Assembly (NCBI GenBank): GCA_963840035.1
Contig: CAWIXE010000003.1
Location: 453,235 to 517,234 of the forward strand
Length of the DNA stretch: 64,000 nt
Source: a candidate division FCPU426 bacterium
Lineage (GTDB): Bacteria; Oederibacteriota; PGYV01; Palsa-1178
Direction of reading: 5' to 3'
Part shown: positions 20,702 to 30,049 of the stretch, in pieces
How the letters are laid out: the number at the start of each line of letters is the position of its first letter
Numbering within the stretch: the stretch's first letter is position 1
Position numbers and translations under genes: made by a program
The notes under the pieces: generated by a model
What the model was told of the DNA's origin: nothing
Seen by the model: the letters and a program-made list of their open reading frames with translations, nothing else
Databases searched by the model: none

Positions 20702-20740
20702 TTAATTATGATAGAAATTTAAAACAAAAGGGGTTAAAAC

Positions 20741-20992
20741 ATGGACTTAATAATTCCCGTATCAGAGGTCAGGGGGAAGCTGGCTTCCCTTGTGAAGCGC
20801 ATCAAAAAAGAGGGGAAGCACCTTATACTTACCAAGAACGGCAGGGCCGCGGCTGTGATGATATCCCCGGAAGAGCTTGAGACACTTGAAGTTATGGCAA
20901 ACAAAAGCCTGCTAGCATCCATATTAAGGGGTATTGAGGATGCTGAAAACCGAAGGGTATATACACATAAGGAAGTTTTTAAGAATGTTTGA
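20741..20992 (+). CDS. Phd/YefM family antitoxin
   Basis: IPVSEVRGKLASLV...ILTKNGRAAAVMISPEE.ETLEV. Confidence 0.9.
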   Translation: MDLIIPVSEVRGKLASLVKRIKKEGKHLILTKNGRAAAVMISPEELETLEVMANKSLLASILRGIEDAENRRVYTHKEVFKNV

Positions 20993-21287
20993 GCTTTTAT
21001 ATACCAGGGAAGCAAAAGACAATATAGATAAACTTTCAATAAAGAAAAAGCGGCAGATAAAGGACGCTCTTGAACGCATCGCCGCTGACCCGGAAACAGG
21101 AAAACACCTGTCACACGACCTAAAAGGGCTATACTCCTGCCGGTCTGGTGATTATAGGATTATATATAAGGTTTTCAGGGAAAAGGTAACAGTACTTGTT
21201 ATTACTGTGGATCATAGGAAAGACGTCTATGAAAAACTCCCCAAAAAAACAGCAAATATCAAGGATATAAGCTTAAACGAAGAATAA
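20985..21287 (+). CDS. RelE/ParE family toxin
   Basis: GKHLSHDLKGLYSCRSGDYRIIY...VITVDHRKDVY; overlaps the antitoxin stop codon. Confidence 0.9.
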   Translation: MFELLYTREAKDNIDKLSIKKKRQIKDALERIAADPETGKHLSHDLKGLYSCRSGDYRIIYKVFREKVTVLVITVDHRKDVYEKLPKKTANIKDISLNEE

Positions 21288-21563
21288 TGTAAATCTTCAA
21301 TTAAATCCCATATTTATAAGGCGAAAAGCTTTTTTTTCTGTGTTATTTTGCGGCGTTTTCAGTCCCGTGTATTTTGCTTTCTCTTATATTTTCCTTGAAC
21401 CACCTTAAAAATAAGGTTATAATACAATTCCTTGTGAAGTATCAGGCGAGGATATTAGGTTGTGGCCTTTAATTTCAAATTAGAAATCAGAAATTAGAAA
21501 TTGAAGCCCTCCCTACTCAAGGCACATCAAAACTTGAGACCATGAATGTAGGAGTGATGAAAG

Positions 21564-22646
21564 ATGAATAAATTTTCGGATGTAGCAAAGAAATCAGTCA
21601 TGAATATCAAGCCTTATATTCCGGGCAAACCAATCGAAGAAGTCCAGCGCGAGCATGGCATTAAAAACGTCATAAAGCTTGCCTCCAATGAAAACCCGCT
21701 CGGCCCTTCTCCACTGGCTGTTAAAGCCATGGAAAAAGCCGTAAAAAACGTGAACTTATACCCTGAAAGCGGCGCGTTTTATTTAAGGCGCGCTCTGGCA
21801 AAGCACCTCAAGGTAAAGGAAAATACCCTTGTCTTTGGCAACGGCTCAAATGAGATACTAAACATGATTGCCGAGGCTTTTGTGGAGCCGGGCGACGAGG
21901 TGATGTTTTCCGCGCTTTCATTTGTGGTTTACCACATCGCCACTGACATGGTGGGCGGCACGGCCATTCACATACCGCACAAAGAGTTCCGTCATGACAT
22001 GGACGGGTTTATAAAGAGGCTCTCTGAGAAGACAAAACTCGTATATATCTGCAATCCCAATAACCCGACCGGCACATTCATAAAAAAGGACGAGTTCGAA
22101 AAATTCATGAACGCGGTGAGCCCGAAGACCATAGTGGCCCTTGATGAGGCGTACTTTGAATATGTCCAGGACAAGAATTACCCGGACGGCATTAAATACC
22201 TTTCTAAATACCCTAACTTAATAGTGCTGCGCACATTCTCGAAAATATACGGCCTGGCCGGAATAAGGATCGGCTACGCTGTTGCCGACCCGGATATTAT
22301 TGAGATAATAGAAAGGGTCAGGGCGCCTTTTAACGCCAACCTCGTGGCGCAGGCAGGGGCTGAAGCGGCTGTTGCGGATAAAAAGCACTTAAAGAAGACC
22401 GTGAAAGTGAACAATGAAGGAAAAAAATACTTATATGCGGAATTAAAAAAACTCGGCATTGAATGCGTGCCGTCGCAGACAAACTTTATCTTTATGAAGT
22501 TCAAGTCAAACGGAAAGGTGGTCTTTGAGGCGCTGCTTAAACACGGCATAATCATTAGGCCCCAGCACGACGACTACGGCAGGATAACGATAGGTACTAT
22601 GGCTGAGAACAGGAAGTTAGTGGGGGCTTTAAAGAAGGTTGTTTAG
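21564..22646 (+). CDS. hisC: Histidinol-phosphate aminotransferase
   Basis: KLASNENPLG, CNPNNPTG, DEAY, RTFSKIYGLAGIRIGY. Confidence 0.95.
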   Translation: MNKFSDVAKKSVMNIKPYIPGKPIEEVQREHGIKNVIKLASNENPLGPSPLAVKAMEKAVKNVNLYPESGAFYLRRALAKHLKVKENTLVFGNGSNEILNMIAEAFVEPGDEVMFSALSFVVYHIATDMVGGTAIHIPHKEFRHDMDGFIKRLSEKTKLVYICNPNNPTGTFIKKDEFEKFMNAVSPKTIVALDEAYFEYVQDKNYPDGIKYLSKYPNLIVLRTFSKIYGLAGIRIGYAVADPDIIEIIERVRAPFNANLVAQAGAEAAVADKKHLKKTVKVNNEGKKYLYAELKKLGIECVPSQTNFIFMKFKSNGKVVFEALLKHGIIIRPQHDDYGRITIGTMAENRKLVGALKKVV

Positions 22647-22653
22647 GTAGTTT

Positions 22654-22715
22654 AAAGCTCAGAGCCCAAAGCCCAAGGGGAAGGCGGCCATGAGCTTTGG
22701 GCTCTGGGCTTTGGG
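22654..22715. repeat. Heptamer-periodic inverted repeat (ARAGCYC family)
   Basis: aaagctc agagccc aaagccc ... tgagct ttgggct ctgggct ttggg. Confidence 0.9.
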
Positions 22716-22757
22716 ATAAGACTTGGTATGCTAAAACAAAATAACGGAGGTTTTGCA

Positions 22758-23771
22758 ATGATCATCGTAATGAAACCGAAAGCTTCAAAGAAACAGGTGG
22801 ACCATGTTTGCGCTAAGATTAAGGAATTCAAGCTCGCTCCGCACATATCAAGGGGCAAAGAGACCACTATCATCGGCGTCATAGGCGATGAGCGCGTGCT
22901 TCAGGGAGTGCCTTTTGAAGGTTTCTCCGGAGTTGAAAAAGTGATGCAGATACTTAAGCCGTATAAACTTGCCAGCCGCGATTTCAAAAAGGAAAACTCT
23001 ATAGTTAAGTGCGGCAATGTGGAAATAGGCGGAGATAAAGTCATTATGATAGCCGGGCCGTGTTCTGTGGAAAGCAGGAAACAGATATTGACCACAGCCA
23101 AAGCCATAAAGGAAGCGGGCGCGCACATTCTGCGCGGCGGCGCTTTTAAGCCCAGGACCTCGCCGTACGCTTTCCAGGGTATGGGAGAAGAGGGCTTAAA
23201 ACTCATGGCCGAGGCCAGGGAAGAATACGGCCTGCCGTTTGTCACTGAAGTGCTCGACACGAGGCATGTAGCGCTTATCAATAAATACGCGGACATGTTC
23301 CAGGTCGGCGCGAGGAACATGCAGAATTTTGAACTTTTAAAAGAGGTAGGAAAGACACAGAAGCCCGTGCTCTTAAAAAGGGGCATGATGTCTACTGTCG
23401 CCGAGTGGCTCATGTCAGCCGAGTATATTCTCGCGAACGGAAACATGAACGTCATACTCTGCGAGAGGGGCATCAGGACATTTGAAACAGCCACAAGGAA
23501 CACGCTGGACTTATCAGCGGTGCCGCTCGTTAAAAGCCTGACACACCTGCCGGTAGTCGTTGACCCGTCGCACGGCACAGGCAAGAAACCGCTTATCATG
23601 CCCATGTCCCGCGCAGCCGTAGCTGCCGGAGCAGACGGCATAGCCATAGAAGTGCACCCGAACCCGGATGAAGCCTTATCAGACGGAGACCAGTCGCTGG
23701 TACCGGCGGAATACAAAGTGCTTTTAAATGAATGTTCCAAAATAGCAAAAGCTATAGGAAGAACTATATAA
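22758..23771 (+). CDS. aroF: DAHP synthase type I-beta with N-terminal regulatory domain
   Basis: MIIVMK start, AGPCSVES, RGGAFKPRTSPY, ERGIRTFE, DPSHGTG. Confidence 0.93.
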   Translation: MIIVMKPKASKKQVDHVCAKIKEFKLAPHISRGKETTIIGVIGDERVLQGVPFEGFSGVEKVMQILKPYKLASRDFKKENSIVKCGNVEIGGDKVIMIAGPCSVESRKQILTTAKAIKEAGAHILRGGAFKPRTSPYAFQGMGEEGLKLMAEAREEYGLPFVTEVLDTRHVALINKYADMFQVGARNMQNFELLKEVGKTQKPVLLKRGMMSTVAEWLMSAEYILANGNMNVILCERGIRTFETATRNTLDLSAVPLVKSLTHLPVVVDPSHGTGKKPLIMPMSRAAVAAGADGIAIEVHPNPDEALSDGDQSLVPAEYKVLLNECSKIAKAIGRTI

Positions 23772-23847
23772 TTACTAATTACCAATTACGTAATTACTAA
23801 TAAAGGAATGACGTTATTTGTAATCAGTCATTAGTAATTAGTAATTA
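23769..23847. repeat. Heptamer-periodic inverted repeat (TAATTAC)n...(GTAATTA)n
   Basis: taattac taattac caattac gtaattac ... gtaatca gtcatta gtaatta gtaatta. Confidence 0.85.
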
Positions 23848-23858
23848 AAAGGAGTTTT

Positions 23859-24704
23859 ATGAGGTTTAAGAAGGCAGTGATTATCGGAATGGGCCTTATG
23901 GGCGGCAGCCTCGGGCTTGCCTTGCGCAAGTATAAGCTGGCAAAGGAAGTTGTCGGGCTGGGCAGGAACATAAAGCGCCTGAACATGGCAAAAGCCGCAG
24001 GCGCGGCTGACTCGGTTACTGTTGATGTAAAGGACGCTGTAACGGGCGCCGACCTTGTGGTTATATCGCTGCCTGTGATGATGATACCTGTGATGTTTAA
24101 ACAGATTCAGCCGTTCCTTTCAAAGGCCTCAATAGTCACCGATATGGGTTCTGTGAAAGGCTCCATATGCTCCAAAATATCAAAATTCGACACCGGCCGT
24201 AATTTTATCGGTTCCCATCCCATGGTGGGTTCGGAAAAGGCAGGGGTTGAGAATATTAAAAACGGGCTGTATGAAAATGGAACCTGCATAATTACGGCTG
24301 ATAAGGGAAGCGACAAAAAGAAGGCTGCGGCAGTTTCCGGGCTGTGGAAGTCGCTGAAGATGAACATTATATCCATGACGCCCGAAGCGCATGATAAGTG
24401 CATGGCAGGCATAAGCCATGTGCCGCACCTGGCCGCGTTTGCCATGGTGTCAGCGCAGGAGAAAGAGTTACTCGGCAATAAAAAAGCGATCGGGCCGGGG
24501 TTTAAGGACTCCACCAGGATTGCCGGATCCAACGAGGAGATCTGGGCGGAGATACTGCTGATGAATAAAAAGGAAGTTCTGGAAAACATGAAAAAATACC
24601 GCGCGCAGCTTGACCTGCTCGCCTCCATGATAGACGGCAGCAGGATGGCGGAATTAAAAAAATACATAGCGAAAGCCAGGCGCTTAAGGGACGGCATAAA
24701 ATGA
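23859..24704 (+). CDS. tyrA: Prephenate/arogenate dehydrogenase
   Basis: GMGLMGGS, TDMGSVK, GSHPMVGSE, HD...SHVPH, GFKDSTRIA. Confidence 0.93.
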   Translation: MRFKKAVIIGMGLMGGSLGLALRKYKLAKEVVGLGRNIKRLNMAKAAGAADSVTVDVKDAVTGADLVVISLPVMMIPVMFKQIQPFLSKASIVTDMGSVKGSICSKISKFDTGRNFIGSHPMVGSEKAGVENIKNGLYENGTCIITADKGSDKKKAAAVSGLWKSLKMNIISMTPEAHDKCMAGISHVPHLAAFAMVSAQEKELLGNKKAIGPGFKDSTRIAGSNEEIWAEILLMNKKEVLENMKKYRAQLDLLASMIDGSRMAELKKYIAKARRLRDGIK

Positions 24705-25993
24705 AAAAAATACACATTTCTCCCGTTAAGGCGTGCGTTAAATCCGTAAATGTCCAGGGCGACAAGTCGCTCTCCCACAGGTCTGTCATTATAGGAAGCC
24801 TTGCCAGAGGCGTCACAAAAGTCACCAATTTCCTCGAGGCCGAGGATACATTAAACACAATAAAAGTATATAAAGCCATGGGGGTAAAGATCGAGAAGAA
24901 AGCCGGTATATATTACATCCACGGCCGCGGGCTTTTCAGCCTAAGGCAGCCGCAGAAGACCCTGTACGTGGGAAATTCCGGCACAAACATAAGGCTCTCG
25001 CTCGGAGTGCTCGCGGCGCAGAATTTCACATCCACCATTACAGGCGACGGACAGATAGTCATGAGGCCCATGAAGCGCGTCCTGGAACCCCTTGAAAAAA
25101 TGGGCGCGAAGTTTGAGAGTAACGACGGCAAGGCGCCTGTCGTGGTCCACGGCGGATCGTTAAAAGGCATAAAGTATAAAATGCCGATGGCCAGCGCGCA
25201 GGTAAAGTCGGCCATCATACTGGCGGGCCTCCACGCCAACAGCGAGACAATCATACACGAACCCATGCAGTCCAGGGACCACACCGAGCGCATGCTGAAA
25301 TATTTCGGCGCAGGAATATCCATAAAAAAGAATATGATAAAGATAAAACCGGGCAGGATACTCAAGGCAAAGCCGGTATTCGTTCCTGGAGACATATCCT
25401 CGGCCGCGTATTTCATAATTGCCGGGTTAATGGCAAAAGATTCAAAAATCACGGTTAAAAACATAGGATTAAACCCCACAAGGGTGGGGCTTATCGAAGT
25501 CATGAAATTAATGGGCGGCAAAATCAAGATCACAAACCTTAAGAATAAGAACGGCGAGCCCGTGGGCGACATAGTGGCGTCATTTTCAAAACTTAAAGGC
25601 ATTACCATAAAGGGCGCAATGATACCCAAGCTCATAGACGAGATACCTGTTATCGCGGTGGCCGCGGCTTTCGCGAAGGGCAAGACCGTAATAAAAGACG
25701 CGGAAGAGCTTAAATTTAAAGAGACCGACAGGATAGAGACCGTGATTAAAAATTTAAAACGTATCGGCGTCAAGGCTGAAGGGACGCCCGACGGCATGAT
25801 TATAGAAGGAAACGGCGGAAAGCCTTTTAAGTACGCGGACATAGACTCTTTCGGGGACCACAGGATAGCCATGGCATTCTCGGTGGCGGCGCTTGTCAGC
25901 GAAAACGGGCTGCTTATTAAGGACATAGAATGCGTCAATACATCATTCCCGTCTTTTTTCAGCATCATAGACGGCTTAAGGGGTAAAAAATGA
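24701..25993 (+). CDS. aroA: EPSP synthase
   Basis: GDKSLSHR, GNSGT, ASAQVKS, RDHTERML, DHRIAM. Confidence 0.96.
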   Translation: MKKIHISPVKACVKSVNVQGDKSLSHRSVIIGSLARGVTKVTNFLEAEDTLNTIKVYKAMGVKIEKKAGIYYIHGRGLFSLRQPQKTLYVGNSGTNIRLSLGVLAAQNFTSTITGDGQIVMRPMKRVLEPLEKMGAKFESNDGKAPVVVHGGSLKGIKYKMPMASAQVKSAIILAGLHANSETIIHEPMQSRDHTERMLKYFGAGISIKKNMIKIKPGRILKAKPVFVPGDISSAAYFIIAGLMAKDSKITVKNIGLNPTRVGLIEVMKLMGGKIKITNLKNKNGEPVGDIVASFSKLKGITIKGAMIPKLIDEIPVIAVAAAFAKGKTVIKDAEELKFKETDRIETVIKNLKRIGVKAEGTPDGMIIEGNGGKPFKYADIDSFGDHRIAMAFSVAALVSENGLLIKDIECVNTSFPSFFSIIDGLRGKK

Positions 25994-26670
25994 AATTAAA
26001 GAAAACACTCAACCGCATATTATTCCTGGTGGTCCATCATTTTGTTAAGGTAATCGTGTGGCTGTGGTACAGGATAGTGCATTTCGCCGGAGTGGTTGAT
26101 TCAAAAAACATACCTTCAAAAGGCGGTTTTATTGTAGCGGCAAACCACGCAAGCAATTATGACCCGCCGCTAATCGGTATTTCCACATGGCGCAGGACAT
26201 TTCACTATATGGCAAAAGACACCCTGTTCAATCCGCCTCTTGGATTCCTTTTGGGCTGGATGGGCGCCATACCGGTTAAAAGAGGGGCCGTAGACAGGAA
26301 CGCCTGGGATAATGTAATTGATACCGTAAAAGAAGGGCAGATTGTGGCGCTCTTTCCCGAAGGCACCAGGACCCTTGACGGAGAAATACATGAAGGCAAG
26401 GCCGGAACGGGAATGCTTGTTTACAAGTCCCGCTGTCAGGTCATACCGCTGTACATCCACGGCAATTACAGGGCGTGGAAAAAAGGGCAGCTGCTGCCTA
26501 CGCCTTTTACGCGGATGGTGATGGTATTTGGAAAGCCCATGTCGTTCGAAGATGAATTTAAAATGGAAGAAAAAAAAGAAACATATATTCTGATAACAAA
26601 GAAGATAATGGATGAGATAAAAAGGCTTAAAGCGGAATATATAACGGGCCTGGAGCAGAAGAAAAAATGA
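25990..26670 (+). CDS. plsC: 1-acyl-sn-glycerol-3-phosphate acyltransferase
   Basis: NHASNYD, FPEGTR. Confidence 0.9.
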   Translation: MKLKKTLNRILFLVVHHFVKVIVWLWYRIVHFAGVVDSKNIPSKGGFIVAANHASNYDPPLIGISTWRRTFHYMAKDTLFNPPLGFLLGWMGAIPVKRGAVDRNAWDNVIDTVKEGQIVALFPEGTRTLDGEIHEGKAGTGMLVYKSRCQVIPLYIHGNYRAWKKGQLLPTPFTRMVMVFGKPMSFEDEFKMEEKKETYILITKKIMDEIKRLKAEYITGLEQKKK

Positions 26671-27524
26671 GGGTTTATGTGGCGGAAGGCTCGGGGTTCT
26701 GTTTCGGCGTAAAAAGGGCCATGGACATGGCGTATAAATACGCGGCTGAGAATAAAGCCGTCTACTCGCTGCACGAAATAATACATAACCCGCAGGAAGT
26801 AAAGCGGCTGGAAAAGGCCGGAGCCAGGCACGTGGAAGCCATGTCGGACATACCAAAGGGCTCACCGGCGATCATAAGCACGCACGGTATTTCTGAGGCT
26901 GAGGAAAAAGAACTTAAGGAAAGATGCCCGAGGGTGCTTGACACGACCTGCCCTTACGTGAAAAAGATACATAACATAGTAAAGAAGATGGCGAAGGAAA
27001 AATACAGGATAGTAATCGTGGGCGACCGCGACCACCTGGAGGTAAAAGGAATTCTCGGGTGCGCGGACGGCCAGGGGATTGTCGTAAGTTCTTTGAAGGA
27101 TGTAAAAAAAGCTGAACTTAAGGAAAAGGTATGCGTCGTGGCGCAGACCACCCTGGACATGAAGTTTTACAGGGACGCGGTTTTAGCCATCGGCGAAAAG
27201 GCGTTTTCTGTGAGGAACGCGGAAGTGCGCATATATAATACGATATGCGACGCGACTAAAAGCAGGCAGGCGGCCACCATGAGCCTGGCAAAGAACATGG
27301 ACGTAATGATAATAGTCGGCGGAAGGAACAGCGCCAATACAAAGAGGCTTTATGAACTGTGCCGCGCCATACTCAGGGATGTGCACCTGGTGGAGGCCGC
27401 GGACGAGATAAAGAAAAGCTGGTTTAAAGGCAAAAAATCCGCGGGCGTCTCGGCAGGGGCGTCCACACCGGAGTCAGCCATAAAAGAAGTCGTAAATACC
27501 ATAAAAACGATCGGAGAAAAATGA
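26667..27524 (+). CDS. ispH: 4-hydroxy-3-methylbut-2-enyl diphosphate reductase
   Basis: GFCFGVKRA, DTTCP, TICDAT, GGRNSANT, AGASTP. Confidence 0.96.
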   Translation: MRVYVAEGSGFCFGVKRAMDMAYKYAAENKAVYSLHEIIHNPQEVKRLEKAGARHVEAMSDIPKGSPAIISTHGISEAEEKELKERCPRVLDTTCPYVKKIHNIVKKMAKEKYRIVIVGDRDHLEVKGILGCADGQGIVVSSLKDVKKAELKEKVCVVAQTTLDMKFYRDAVLAIGEKAFSVRNAEVRIYNTICDATKSRQAATMSLAKNMDVMIIVGGRNSANTKRLYELCRAILRDVHLVEAADEIKKSWFKGKKSAGVSAGASTPESAIKEVVNTIKTIGEK

Positions 27525-29131
27525 TGTTAAGAGACGGGATGATCATAAAAGGAAAAGTTATAAGGAAAAAAGACGGGGATGTCTTTGTGAATATCAATTA
27601 CAAGTCCGAGGGGGTAATCCCCAAGGAAGAGACGTCAAAGTACCCTTACTACGACACGCTCGCCGAGGGCGAGGAGATTGACGTGCATGTAAAAAGGACC
27701 GAGACCCCGGAAGGGTTCGTCCTTCTTTCAAAGATCATAGCTGATAAGAAGCTGGTTTTCTCGAAGGTTAAGAATTCCTTCAAGGACGGCGGCTTTATCG
27801 AAGGCGCCGTGACAAAGTCCGTAAAGGGCGGCTTCATCATTGATTTCGGCGCGAATGTTACGGCGTTTCTGCCGATGTCGCATTCAAAGTCATACGGCGA
27901 GGATATAGTGGGAAAGAAACTGCCGCTTAAGATCATCCAGCTTGACGAGGAAAAAAGAAATGTCGTTGTTTCATACAAGGAATACATGACGGAAAAAGAC
28001 AAGACCGAGACAGAGGCGATTTCCAAGAATTTTCCTGTCAATGAACGGGCGCAGGTAAAGGTGGCGCAGGTGCTTCCGGACGGCGTGGAAGTGGAAAAGG
28101 AAAACTTAAAGGTTTTTATACCGCTGGCGGAGCTCTCATGGAAAGCCATATCAGCACCTGAGGATGAAGGTATAAAAGAAGGCGACATGATGGACGTGCT
28201 GGTCGTGGGAAATGAAAAAGGAAAGATCATATTAAGCCCTAAAAGGCTGCGCGACAACCCCTTCAAGTCGTTTATGGAGTCCAATAAACCCGGGGACAGG
28301 CTCGACGCGAAGGTCAAGGAAATATTCACGGAAGGCATGACAGTTACCACGGCCGGAGGTATGGAAGGATTTGTACCCGCGGGCGAGCTTTCCTATTTTA
28401 AAAGAATCAAGAACCCGGCTGATGTTTTTAAAACCGGGGACGACGTGAAAACGTGCATACTCAAGATTGACGAAGTAAAGAACAGGGTGATTTTGAGCAT
28501 AAAACGCCTCGAAAAGAACCCGTGGAATAACATGGAAGAGCGGTATCCTGTAGGCGCGAGGGTGTTTGGCGTCGTTAAGTCTTTCACGGAAGGTGTTGGG
28601 GCAGCGGTTGAGCTGGAGGAAAATATAGACGCGTTTGTGGATAATCTGAATATTTCATGGGCGAATTTCACGGCGTTATCCGAAGTGCTGCATATCGGCG
28701 AGAAAAAGGAATTTAAGATAGTCGGCGTGGACAAGACAAAGTACTGCATCATGCTCGGTTTAAAACAGCTGACGACATCGCCGTGGTCGAATTTCGCCGT
28801 GAAATATAAGGAAGGCAGCTACTTAGACGGGAAGATAACCGACATAGAAGACGGAGCGCTTGTAATCCAGGTTATGGAAGGCGTATCCGGCCGGCTTGCC
28901 ATTAAGAACAAGGCAAAACTCCGCGTCGCCAAGGGCGATGTGATAAAAGTAAAAATAGTCAAAATAGAAAAGGACGCGAAAAAGCTCGCGCTCTCAGGCA
29001 AGGACATAGAGGCCACGGAAGAGCAGAAGCAGATAGACGATTACATGAAGGCGCACGACCATTCTTCCTTTAAGCTTAACGACATAATTAATTTTACCAA
29101 GGTTGAAAAGGACGGGGAAAATGGAAAATAA
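27521..29131 (+). CDS. rpsA: 30S ribosomal protein S1
   Basis: Multiple S1 domains (YKSEGVIP, AFLPMSH, EGFVPAGELS); follows ispH. Confidence 0.9.
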   Translation: MMLRDGMIIKGKVIRKKDGDVFVNINYKSEGVIPKEETSKYPYYDTLAEGEEIDVHVKRTETPEGFVLLSKIIADKKLVFSKVKNSFKDGGFIEGAVTKSVKGGFIIDFGANVTAFLPMSHSKSYGEDIVGKKLPLKIIQLDEEKRNVVVSYKEYMTEKDKTETEAISKNFPVNERAQVKVAQVLPDGVEVEKENLKVFIPLAELSWKAISAPEDEGIKEGDMMDVLVVGNEKGKIILSPKRLRDNPFKSFMESNKPGDRLDAKVKEIFTEGMTVTTAGGMEGFVPAGELSYFKRIKNPADVFKTGDDVKTCILKIDEVKNRVILSIKRLEKNPWNNMEERYPVGARVFGVVKSFTEGVGAAVELEENIDAFVDNLNISWANFTALSEVLHIGEKKEFKIVGVDKTKYCIMLGLKQLTTSPWSNFAVKYKEGSYLDGKITDIEDGALVIQVMEGVSGRLAIKNKAKLRVAKGDVIKVKIVKIEKDAKKLALSGKDIEATEEQKQIDDYMKAHDHSSFKLNDIINFTKVEKDGENGK

Positions 29132-29759
29132 GAAAATACCGCTGCCCACGGTAAACAGGCTTTCGCTTTACCTGAAATGCTTTTCGGAGCTCGCGGCTTC
29201 GAACGTGGAATATGTATCCTCCGACCAGGTGGCGAAGTTTATAGGCTTAAACCCGGCGCAGGTCAGGAAGGACCTGGCTTATTTCGGAAAGTTCGGCAGG
29301 CGCGGCTTTGGCTATCATGTGGAGCAGTTAAAGGAACAGACGTCAAAGATACTCGGCACGCACAAACAGTGGAAGCTGGCGGTGGTGGGCACAGGAAACC
29401 TCGGACGGGCGCTGCTTATGTACCCGGGATTCATGTCCAGGGGATTTAAAATAGTGGCCGGCTTTGACGTGGACCCGGCAAAAGTGGGCTGGGAGCTCGA
29501 TGGCGTCAGGATATACCACTATGACGAGCTTGAAAAAGTCATAAAAAAGGAAAAGATAGACATAGTCATCATTGCAACGCCAAAAGAGTCGCTTGATGCG
29601 GTCATGACCAGGCTGCGCGAGACAGGCATAAAAGGCGTTTTGAACTTCGCGGGGAAACACCTGTTAAAAGACCACGATATCATAGTAAGGAACGTGGACG
29701 TGGCTTTAGAACTGGAACAGTTGACCTTCTTTTTGTCTAATAAAGATAGCCAAAAATAG
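29121..29759 (+). CDS. rex: Redox-sensing transcriptional repressor Rex
   Basis: RLSLY, QVRKDLAYFGKFGRRGFGY, VGTGNLG, GVLNFA. Confidence 0.95.
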   Translation: MENKKIPLPTVNRLSLYLKCFSELAASNVEYVSSDQVAKFIGLNPAQVRKDLAYFGKFGRRGFGYHVEQLKEQTSKILGTHKQWKLAVVGTGNLGRALLMYPGFMSRGFKIVAGFDVDPAKVGWELDGVRIYHYDELEKVIKKEKIDIVIIATPKESLDAVMTRLRETGIKGVLNFAGKHLLKDHDIIVRNVDVALELEQLTFFLSNKDSQK

Positions 29760-29769
29760 ATGGATTTTG

Positions 29770-29996
29770 GTAGCCGCAACCTTTAGGTTGCGCAGGGCAG
29801 GGTTTCGTTTGATGTGTGGCTGCATCATGCGGGCGTGATGTTGTGGCCGCCACAGGCCGGTTTTCTTTATGGATTGCGCAGTAGCGCAGGCCATAAAGAA
29901 AACCGGCCTGCAGCGGCCACGAGTGGAACATAAAACGCAGGGCAGTATGTTGCCGCAGGGTATTGTCTTCGTAGGGGCGAGCCGGTGGCTCGCCCG
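29770..29996. repeat. Composite palindromic repeat region: two GTAG-type REP-like hairpins flanking a long hairpin
   Basis: gtagccgcaacctttaggttgcg (29770); long hairpin with core ttttctttatggattgcgcagtagcgcaggccataaagaaaa; gtaggggcgagccggtggctcgccc (29972). Confidence 0.8.
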
Positions 29997-30049
29997 GCAC
30001 TTAACCGGAAAAACCGGAACTATTTTATTTGAAGCACAAAGGAGACTTT

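Noticed and set aside
21432..21449. Rex operator
   Set aside because: Only a TTGTGAA half-site; no matching TTCACAA arm.
29760..30049. T-box leader of thrS
   Set aside because: No T-box (AAGGTGGNACC-like) motif or antiterminator; the region is made of REP-like hairpins.
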